Below, one piece after another: positions 56,722-64,000 of a DNA stretch of 64,000 nt. Each line of letters begins with the position of its first letter. The first letter of the stretch is position 1. The position numbers and the translations under genes were made by a program. The notes under the pieces are model-generated. The model made no database searches and was not told the DNA's origin. It saw nothing but the letters and a program-made list of their open reading frames with translations. Source of the DNA: an uncultured Candidatus Binatia bacterium (lineage in GTDB: Bacteria; Desulfobacterota; Binatia; UBA9968; JAJDTQ01); NCBI GenBank assembly GCA_965213675.1, contig OZ243916.1, forward strand, positions 1,920,001-1,984,000, given 5' to 3'.

Positions 56722-58809
56722 ATGAAGAGGAAAATGCGTACCCGCGCCGCCGGCTGGTTCCTGCTGTTAAGCCTGTGGGCTTCCCTTGCGCACGCCCGGG
56801 CCGGAGCCGAAGCGGAGTTCGCCCGTGCCTATGGGCACTTCTCGGCCGGTGAGCACGCCGTGGCGGAGCCGCTTTTCCGGCAAGCGTTGTCCGACGGCGC
56901 GTTCGTGCTGAAGGACTACTCCCTTTACTACCTCGGCCGCATTGCCGGCGCCGCGAACCGGCACGACGAGGCCCGCGGCCACTTCACCCGTTTGCGGCGG
57001 GCGTTTCCCCGCAGCGTCTGGGCGGCCGAAGCGTCTTTCGAGTTGGTCGAGCTCGACCTGGCCCAGGGACGGCACCAGGCAGCCGCGCGCCGCGCCGCCG
57101 AGATCAGGAAGACCACGCGCGGGAAGGAGAGTCGGGCCAGGGCCGCGTACCTGCTCGGTCGGGCGCGCGAGGGCGCGGGCAAGGACCGGGCGGCCTATTC
57201 CCTTTACCAGGAGGCGCGCCGGCGCGCCCCGCGTTCCACATGGAGCAGCCGCGCCCGGCAAAAGGTGCGGGAACTTCGGCGGAAACACCCCGGACAACTC
57301 GGACTCCGCAACGGCCAGGAGATGCTCCGGGAAGCCCGGCAGCTTCGGCGGGAGCGCGACTATCGCGCGGCGGCCGACCTCTACCAACGCATTCTGCGCG
57401 AAACCAACTTCCGGCGACTATCCCTGGAGGGACTCGCCGCAGTGTACCGGAAGATGCGGCTTCGGGACGAGGAGGAAGCGGTCCTGCGCCGCTACGTCCG
57501 GCACTATCCAAAACGCGCCCGCGCCGGCGACGCATTGACCCGCATCGCCACCATCCAGTGGAATCGCGACGACAACGCCGCGGCGCTGGAGACCCTGCGT
57601 GAGTTCAGGAAGAAGTATCCCGGCCATCGCCGCCGGCGCTACGCCATCTACGTCATCGGCCGCATCCACGAATCCATGGGCCGGTGGCAGACGGCGACCC
57701 GGACCTACCGCCAGCTCTTCGCGAAAGAGCACCGGTACAGTCCATTCCGCCACGAGGCGGCATGGCGCCTGGCGTGGATTCACTACCTCAAGTCCGACTA
57801 CCCGAAGGCCCGGGGAGTCTTCCGCGACATCGCCAGCCGGCCCGGCAACTTCAGGCTGGCCGCGGTCTTCTGGGAGGCGCGCATCGCGGAGAGGCTCGAG
57901 GACTCCCCCACCGCCAAGCGGTTATACCGGCGCGTGATACGGAAGGACCCCGAATCCTACTACGCGATCCTGGCCTCACGGCGGCTCGCGGGGCTAGGCG
58001 TCACCCTGCCGGAGCCTTCGTCGCCCAAGCGCGCTGTTCCAACGGCGCGCGCCCCGCGCCTGGGCGAACGGGCAAGGTTTCACCTCACGCGCGCCCGCGC
58101 GCTGGGCGGGCTCGGCCTGGACCGGCTCGCGCATACCGAACTCGACCGGGTCCGCCGGCATTCGAAGCGCACGAAGGGCCTCCGGCTTCTGCTCATGCGT
58201 GAGTACGCGCGTACCCACGCTCATCATCGCAGCCTCTCGCTGGCGGTGCAGTCGCCGTCGTCCCCCGAGGTGCTGCGGCTCCGGTACCCGCTGGCGCACT
58301 GGGACGCGGTGCGGCGGCATGCGGCCGAGAACGGTCTCGACCCTTACCTGATATTGTCGCTGATGCGGCAGGAGAGCCTATTCAAGGCGCGGGCCTTGTC
58401 CCCCGCCAACGCGTTGGGGCTCATGCAGATGCTTCACGAAACCGCGCGCGCCGAGGCGTCGAAGATGGGGCTTGCGGAACCCGACGCCCGCGACCTTTTC
58501 GATCCGGAACTGAACATCCGGCTCGGCGCCCATCACCTCAAGGGGTTGCTGGCAGACTACGACCAGAGCCACGCCAAGGCGCTGGCGGCCTACAACGCCG
58601 GCCAGGAGGCGGTGGAACGCTGGACCCGCGACCTGGGGTCCGCCGACGACCTGGAGTTCACCGAGCGGATCTCGTACCGGGAAACGCGCCGCTACGTAAA
58701 GGCCGTGCTGCGCAACTACCACGCCTACCAAACCCTCTACGGCGCCGTTGCGCGGGAACAACCTCTCGACCCCGCGAGTTGCCGGCCGTGCGACGAAGCG
58801 AGTCCGTAG
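56722..58809 (+). CDS. TPR-repeat soluble lytic transglycosylase (Slt-like)
   Basis: Signal peptide, helical TPR repeats, RQES, ALGLMQ, AAYNAG, ETRRYV. Confidence 0.9.
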   Translation: MKRKMRTRAAGWFLLLSLWASLAHARAGAEAEFARAYGHFSAGEHAVAEPLFRQALSDGAFVLKDYSLYYLGRIAGAANRHDEARGHFTRLRRAFPRSVWAAEASFELVELDLAQGRHQAAARRAAEIRKTTRGKESRARAAYLLGRAREGAGKDRAAYSLYQEARRRAPRSTWSSRARQKVRELRRKHPGQLGLRNGQEMLREARQLRRERDYRAAADLYQRILRETNFRRLSLEGLAAVYRKMRLRDEEEAVLRRYVRHYPKRARAGDALTRIATIQWNRDDNAAALETLREFRKKYPGHRRRRYAIYVIGRIHESMGRWQTATRTYRQLFAKEHRYSPFRHEAAWRLAWIHYLKSDYPKARGVFRDIASRPGNFRLAAVFWEARIAERLEDSPTAKRLYRRVIRKDPESYYAILASRRLAGLGVTLPEPSSPKRAVPTARAPRLGERARFHLTRARALGGLGLDRLAHTELDRVRRHSKRTKGLRLLLMREYARTHAHHRSLSLAVQSPSSPEVLRLRYPLAHWDAVRRHAAENGLDPYLILSLMRQESLFKARALSPANALGLMQMLHETARAEASKMGLAEPDARDLFDPELNIRLGAHHLKGLLADYDQSHAKALAAYNAGQEAVERWTRDLGSADDLEFTERISYRETRRYVKAVLRNYHAYQTLYGAVAREQPLDPASCRPCDEASP

Positions 58810-58914
58810 ACCCTCCCTGTGCTGTCACCCAGGATCACCTCTTGCGGAGCTGGTCGCTGTTGCAAGACTGCGTCATGACTTGCCTGAGTTCCCTGCCTTG
58901 TCCACACCGGACAT

Positions 58915-59019
58915 TGCCTGATCGCCGCCGTCGCCATCCGCGCCGACACGCCCTTACTTCACCAGGATGTCGACTTCGACGTCCTGGCTCGTCACACGGA
59001 CCTGCAAACCGAAGCATGA
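58915..59019 (+). pseudogene. 3' fragment of PIN-domain (VapC) toxin
   Basis: CLIAAVAIRADTPLLHQDVDFDVLARHTDLQTEA*; in-frame stop at 58885 and no N-terminal half or antitoxin. Confidence 0.75.
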
Positions 59020-59059
59020 GGAGAGAGGGTTCAGGACCCATCCGGGTGTTCTGAGCCTG

Positions 59060-59218
59060 GCGTCGTGTCCCGCAAATTCCTGCGATAATTCGCGGGTCTT
59101 TCTCGCCGCCGGCTGCGTGGCTCTTGCTCGCGTGGCAACCGCCACTGCTCGTCATCGCGCTTTGCCGACAACAAGAAATCCTGCGCAACTTGTCGCAGGA
59201 ATTTGCGGGACACGACAC
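59060..59218. mobile_element. MITE-like element, copy 2 (inverted relative to copy 1)
   Basis: TIRs GCGTCGTGTCCCGCAAATTCCTGCGA...TCGCAGGAATTTGCGGGACACGACAC; aligns end to end with 10984-11141. Confidence 0.8.
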
Positions 59219-59331
59219 CAGGACCAGGCTCAGGACAGACGAAGCGAAGTCGACGGGCGTCGTCACATTGGAGCGGAGGCCCCCAAATGCGCTTCGTTGG
59301 ACAATTGCCCGCGGTTCTCTATAGTGACCCG

Positions 59332-60378
59332 ATGAGCCACGGACACAAGGAGATCATCTCGGCCGGGGACCGCACCACCTGGGCCGTCACCGCGCCAGCG
59401 ATCCTGACGCCGCGGGAGCGCGGGTCGGACCACGCCGCCGCCAGCATGGTGCGCACCCTGTTCGACCGCCCCCGCTGGCTGGAACCCTGCCACCTGTACG
59501 ACGAACGGGGTTCGCTGCTGTTCGAGGACATCTGCGAGTTGCCGGAGTACTACCCCACCCGCACCGAAGCGGCGATCCTGGAACGCGAGGCCGGCGCGCT
59601 CATGAGCCTGGCGCCGGTGGAGTGCATCGTGGAGCTTGGCGCCGGCTTCTCGAAGAAGACCGTCCATCTGCTGAAGGCGCTCACCCATGCGCGTGGCGGC
59701 GGCGCCTTCGCCGCGGTGGACGTGAGCAACACCGCGCTCATGGCGTCCAGGCGCATGGCCGAGGAGCTTTTCCCCGAGCTGGCCTTCACCGGGCTCGAAG
59801 CCCGCTTCGAGGACGCCATCACCAGCATCACCCGGGAGATCCCCAAGCTCGTGGTGTTCCTGGGCAGCACCATCGGCAACTTCTCTCCCACCGACATGCT
59901 GCACTTTTTCAGCCACCTGACCGAGAACATGGGGCCTGAGGACTACCTTCTGCTGGGGGTGGACCGGATCAAGGACCCGGCCATTATCGAACCGGCCTAC
60001 GACGACTCCCGCGGCGCCACCGCCGCCTTCATCCTCAATGGTTTCCGCAACGTCAACCGCGTCACCGGCGCCAGCTTCCAGCCGGACAAGATCGCCTACC
60101 GGAGCGGCTACAACCGCGAGCGCGCCCAGGTGGAGATGCGCGGCGTCGCCCGGGAGACCCACCGGGTGGAGTTCCCGCGCCAGTCCGCGTCATTCCTGTG
60201 GGAGCAGGACGAGCCGATCCTGGTGGAGACCAGCCGCAAGTTCGACCCCGACGACCTGCAGGTGCAACTCCGCTGCTTCGGACTCGAGACCCTGGGCCAC
60301 TGGACCGACCCGGAACAATGGTTCTCGCTGCTCCTGTTTCGCCGGAGCAAGCCCTCACACTCATCGGAGCCGCAATGA
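59332..60378 (+). CDS. EgtD-family (histidine N-alpha) methyltransferase
   Basis: YDERGSLLFEDICELPEYYPTRTE, VELGAG, FLGSTIGNF, AYDDSRG.TAAF, ETSRKF. Confidence 0.85.
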   Translation: MSHGHKEIISAGDRTTWAVTAPAILTPRERGSDHAAASMVRTLFDRPRWLEPCHLYDERGSLLFEDICELPEYYPTRTEAAILEREAGALMSLAPVECIVELGAGFSKKTVHLLKALTHARGGGAFAAVDVSNTALMASRRMAEELFPELAFTGLEARFEDAITSITREIPKLVVFLGSTIGNFSPTDMLHFFSHLTENMGPEDYLLLGVDRIKDPAIIEPAYDDSRGATAAFILNGFRNVNRVTGASFQPDKIAYRSGYNRERAQVEMRGVARETHRVEFPRQSASFLWEQDEPILVETSRKFDPDDLQVQLRCFGLETLGHWTDPEQWFSLLLFRRSKPSHSSEPQ

Positions 60379-61685
60379 AGAAAGTCCCGGACAAGACACC
60401 CGCCTACGATCTCACCGACGCCCGCTTCTGGGACGAGCAGGACCTGCGCTCGGAGGTGGAGCGGGTCTTCCACCTGTGCGCCGAGTGCCGCCTGTGCGTG
60501 AAGTTCTGCGGCAGCTTCCCCAAGCTCTTCGACGCCATCGACTCCTATTGCACCGAGGAAGAGTTCGCGGAGGTGGACTCCACCAAGCTCAAGGCCGACG
60601 ACGTGGACGAGGTGGTGGATCTGTGCTTCCAGTGCAAGCTGTGCAACATCAACTGCCCCTACACCCCAAGCGACCACGACTGGGCCATCGACTTCCCGCG
60701 GCTCATGGCCCGGGCCAAGGCCCAGCACGTGAAGAAGCATGGGGTTCCCTTCACGGACCGCATGCTGGCGAAGCCGGACCTTGTGGGCAAACTGGGCTCC
60801 GCCACCGCGCCCATGGCCAACTGGGCCAACGAGAACCGCGTGCACCGGCTGTTCATGCAGGGCGCCCTGGGCGTGCACAAGGACAAGAAACTGCCCTCGT
60901 TCGCATGGAAGACCTTCGCCTCCCGATACCGCGACGCGTACCAGGCCCCCGCGGGGGAGCCCGTGGCCAAGGCAGCCTATTTCTCCACCTGCTTCGTCAA
61001 CTACAACGAACCCGGCATCGGCACAGACCTGCTGGAGGTCATGGCGCGGAACGGCGTGGACGTGGTGCTGGCCTATCGGGAATGCTGCGGCATGCCGTCG
61101 TGGCACAACGGCGATATGGAAACGGCCAAGGCCCAGGCCCAGCGGAACGTTGAGATGCTGGCGCCCTACGTGGCCGAGGGACGGACCATCATCGCCACCA
61201 ACCCCACCTGTTCGCTCACCATAAGCGACGAGTACCCGCGCATGCTGGACACTCAGGCGGCGCGGGACGTGGCCGCGCACACCACCGACCCCACGGCGTT
61301 TCTGGCCTCGCTCCACGCCGACGGCAAGCTCAACCGCGACTTCAAGACCGGCCCGGGCAAGGTCGCCTACCACATGCCCTGCCACCTGCGGGCGCAACGG
61401 CTGGGGAACCGGACGAGCACCGTGCTGTCCCTGCTGCCCGACACCGAGGTCCAGACCGTGCAGGCCTGCTCGGGACACGACGGCACCTGGGCGATGAAGC
61501 GGGAGAACTTCGAAGCCTCCATGCGCTGGGGGCGGCAGGCATTTCGCGGCATCGAGGGCGCGGGCGCCCCGGTGGCGTGCTCCGACTGTCCCTTGGCCGC
61601 CATCCAGATCGAGCAGGCCACCGGCAAGCAGCCGCTCAACCCCATACAGATCCTGGCCAAGAGTTATCGCGGGGAGGACTTCTGA
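60375..61685 (+). CDS. Fe-S oxidoreductase (GlpC/HdrD-like, 4Fe-4S dicluster plus CCG domains)
   Basis: CAECRLCVKFC, CFQCKLCNINCPY, CCGMP, YHMPCH, CSGHDG, SDCPLA; ATGA overlap with upstream gene. Confidence 0.88.
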   Translation: MKKVPDKTPAYDLTDARFWDEQDLRSEVERVFHLCAECRLCVKFCGSFPKLFDAIDSYCTEEEFAEVDSTKLKADDVDEVVDLCFQCKLCNINCPYTPSDHDWAIDFPRLMARAKAQHVKKHGVPFTDRMLAKPDLVGKLGSATAPMANWANENRVHRLFMQGALGVHKDKKLPSFAWKTFASRYRDAYQAPAGEPVAKAAYFSTCFVNYNEPGIGTDLLEVMARNGVDVVLAYRECCGMPSWHNGDMETAKAQAQRNVEMLAPYVAEGRTIIATNPTCSLTISDEYPRMLDTQAARDVAAHTTDPTAFLASLHADGKLNRDFKTGPGKVAYHMPCHLRAQRLGNRTSTVLSLLPDTEVQTVQACSGHDGTWAMKRENFEASMRWGRQAFRGIEGAGAPVACSDCPLAAIQIEQATGKQPLNPIQILAKSYRGEDF

Positions 61686-61778
61686 AACCCCGGAGAGCCG
61701 GCCCTCGGTCCCTTGACAGTTCTCCCGAATGTGTACTACTCGCAGACTTCCGTTGGACGGACCAAGAAAGGAACTGAC

Positions 61779-62819
61779 ATGACGCGCACACGGATCCTAT
61801 GCACCATGGCGGCCCTGTGTCTCACGATGGCCGGCGGCCACGCCATGGCCGCCGACTCGGCCGAGCTCAAGGCGCTCCACGAGGCGGCCAAGAAGGAAGG
61901 CAAGGTATTGATGGCGGCGGGCATGCCGCCCAAGGCGCTGAAGGCCCTGCAAAAGGCCTTCAACAAGCGCTTTCCGGGGGTGAAGGCCAAGGTCATCGCC
62001 TCCACCGGTTCCAACGCGGCGAGCCGCATTCTCACTGAATCCAAGGTCGGCAATGCCACCATCGAGGTGGCGCAGACCACCACCGCTTCCGGTCAGCCGC
62101 TGCTCGACGCGGGGCTGGTGCAGCAGGTGGACTACGCCAAGACCTTTGGCGTGCCCGGTAAGGGCATCCTGTTCGACAACCGTTTCGTGCCCTGGTTCGA
62201 CCTGGTGTACGTCATGGCCTACAACTCCAAGAAGGTCTCCCGCGAGGAGGTCCCCACCACTTGGGAGGGGATGCTGGCGCCCAAGTGGAAGGGACGGAAG
62301 CTGGTGCTGATCTCCCGTGGCCACCCGTTCCAGTATCTGCCCAAGGTGTGGGGTGAGGAGAAGGTCCTGGATATGGCGAAGAAGCTGAAGGCCCAGGATC
62401 CCGTCATGACGCCGCGCGGCGGCGCTCAGGTCATTGAGGCCATCGTGTCGGGCCAGGCGTTGATGGGTCCCATCCATCTGAACCGCGTACTGACCGCCAA
62501 GGTGCTGAAGAAGGCGCCCATCGACTACGTGTGGCTGAACGTCACCCCGGTGCTCAACTTCTACTCCTACGCGGTCGCCAAGGTGGCCAACCCCAACGCG
62601 GCCAAGCTCATGGCGGGCTGGCTGGCCACGCCGGAAGCGGGCAAGATCATGGAGAAACACTCGTTCCGGGCGCTCACCACCCTGGAGTCCCAGAGCGAGA
62701 CCGGCAAGCTCCTGGCGGCCTCCAATACGAAGACCGTGGCCACCGCCGTCACCGTGAAGATGGCCCGGCAAGAGAAGGTGTGGCAGAACAAGATCCGCGA
62801 CATCTTCGTGGGCAAGTAG
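61779..62819 (+). CDS. Fe3+/thiamine-type ABC substrate-binding protein
   Basis: Signal peptide, AAKKEGKV, FNKRFPGV, AYNSKKV, P.TWE.ML.PKWKG, NPNAAKL. Confidence 0.85.
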   Translation: MTRTRILCTMAALCLTMAGGHAMAADSAELKALHEAAKKEGKVLMAAGMPPKALKALQKAFNKRFPGVKAKVIASTGSNAASRILTESKVGNATIEVAQTTTASGQPLLDAGLVQQVDYAKTFGVPGKGILFDNRFVPWFDLVYVMAYNSKKVSREEVPTTWEGMLAPKWKGRKLVLISRGHPFQYLPKVWGEEKVLDMAKKLKAQDPVMTPRGGAQVIEAIVSGQALMGPIHLNRVLTAKVLKKAPIDYVWLNVTPVLNFYSYAVAKVANPNAAKLMAGWLATPEAGKIMEKHSFRALTTLESQSETGKLLAASNTKTVATAVTVKMARQEKVWQNKIRDIFVGK

Positions 62820-62899
62820 AACACGGGAACGGCCCGCGCGAGCCGCATGCTCGCGCGGGGTCGCACCCACGGGCAACCGCGCGCGGCGTCCCTGCCTGA

Positions 62900-64000
62900 A
62901 TGAAGCGCCCGTCCGCCATGCACACCGACAAAGCCATCGATGCCACGCCGTGGTCGTGGGAGACCATCGCGCCGCGCTTCAACGAGCGCTCGATCCTGTC
63001 CTGGACCACCCTGATCGTGGTCATGTGGCTGGTGCTGGCGCCGTTGGTGATGGTGGCGGTGACTTCCTTCCAGGTCGAGCCCCTGGCCCACGTCGCCACG
63101 TACACCCTCGACAACTACCTGGAAGTCTACCTCGACTCCCACACCTACGAGCTTCTCTCCAACACGCTGCTGTTCGGCGCCGGCGCCATCGCCGTGGGGT
63201 TCTTCTTCGCGTTTCCGCTGGCGTGGCTGGTGGAGCGCACCAACACGCCCGGGCGGAACCTCACGTATGGCTTGATCCTGATTCCCATGGCGATTCCGCC
63301 CATGATCTCCGCGCTGGGCTGGGAACGACTGCTGGACCCCAAGATCGGTCTCATCAACATCGTGCTGCGAAGCCTTTTGGGCATGGAAGGCGAGGACGGA
63401 CCCCTCAACATCTTCACGCTGTTCGGCATGTCCTTCGTCATGGGCCTTTCCATGGTGCCCACCGTGTTCCTGATCCTCGCCCCCTCCATCCGTAACCTCG
63501 ACCCGTCCTTCGAGGACGCCAGCCTCGTATCCGGCGCCACCTGGTACACCACGTTCCGCCGAGTGACGCTGCCGCTGGTCTACCCGGCCTTCTTCGCGGC
63601 GCTGATCTGGTTCTTCATCATCGCCATCGAGGCCTTCGAGATACCCGGTGTCATCGGGCTCCAGGCCGGCATCCTGGTGTTCAGCACCAAGATATTCTGG
63701 GCCGTCCATCCACCCACCGGCGATCTGCCCGACTACGGCATGGCCAGCGCGCTGGCCGCGCTCGTACTGGTGCTGAGCGGCATCCTCGTCTACTTCTACC
63801 TCAAGGTGCTGGGCAGCGGGGAGAAGTACACCACCATCACGGGCCGGGGCTACCGCCCGTCCATCGTCGATCTGGGGATCTGGCGCTGGGCCGGTACGGC
63901 GTTCTTCAGCGGATACATGATCCTTGCCATCGTGCTGCCTGTCATCGTGCTCGCCTGGGGCAGCCTGCTGCACTACTACCAGCCGCCTTCCTGGGATCTG
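62900..64000 (+). CDS. FbpB/ThiP-type ABC permease (runs off window end)
   Basis: Manual translation: TLDNY, NTLLFG, LAWLVERTNTPGR, LDPSFEDASLVSGA, VTLPL. Confidence 0.85.
   Translation, partial: MKRPSAMHTDKAIDATPWSWETIAPRFNERSILSWTTLIVVMWLVLAPLVMVAVTSFQVEPLAHVATYTLDNYLEVYLDSHTYELLSNTLLFGAGAIAVGFFFAFPLAWLVERTNTPGRNLTYGLILIPMAIPPMISALGWERLLDPKIGLINIVLRSLLGMEGEDGPLNIFTLFGMSFVMGLSMVPTVFLILAPSIRNLDPSFEDASLVSGATWYTTFRRVTLPLVYPAFFAALIWFFIIAIEAFEIPGVIGLQAGILVFSTKIFWAVHPPTGDLPDYGMASALAALVLVLSGILVYFYLKVLGSGEKYTTITGRGYRPSIVDLGIWRWAGTAFFSGYMILAIVLPVIVLAWGSLLHYYQPPSWDL

Overview
GC-rich bacterial chromosome segment. Gene order (ilvB-ilvN-ilvC-psd-pssA-leuA, short EF-Ts) and the wealth of TTT/ABC/TRAP transporters plus UbiD suggest a delta-proteobacterial or Binatota-like organism; this is inference. 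About 1-26 kb is accessory/catabolic: ornithine-cyclodeaminase-like gene, gentisate-dioxygenase-like cupin, AAA/DUF4143 ATPase behind a 23-bp tandem array, LIV-type and NitT/TauT ABC systems, a RelE-HTH toxin-antitoxin pair, SDR-UbiD-TctCCBA cluster, LLM oxidoreductase, leuCD and a TAXI-TRAP transporter. About 26-54 kb is core housekeeping, mostly on the minus strand: truA, asd, leuB, leuA, pssA, psd, ilvCNB, tsaB, rseP, dxr, cdsA, uppS, frr, pyrH, tsf, rpsB, rho, ribF and the tol-pal operon, then pgk-tpiA-secG-tRNA-Leu on the plus strand. The end holds yggT/yggS, a TPR lytic transglycosylase, an EgtD-like methyltransferase coupled to an Fe-S oxidoreductase, and an Fe3+/thiamine-type ABC system. 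Best candidate for an undescribed mechanism: a leucine attenuator for leuA whose promoter and rare-Leu-codon leader peptide are nested in frame inside the 3' end of pssA. Other highlights: a ~158-bp inverted-repeat element found twice, each time just downstream of a toxin-antitoxin gene in the same relative orientation, and the 23-bp array upstream of the AAA/DUF4143 gene. All calls come from reading the sequence; no searches or folding programs were run.
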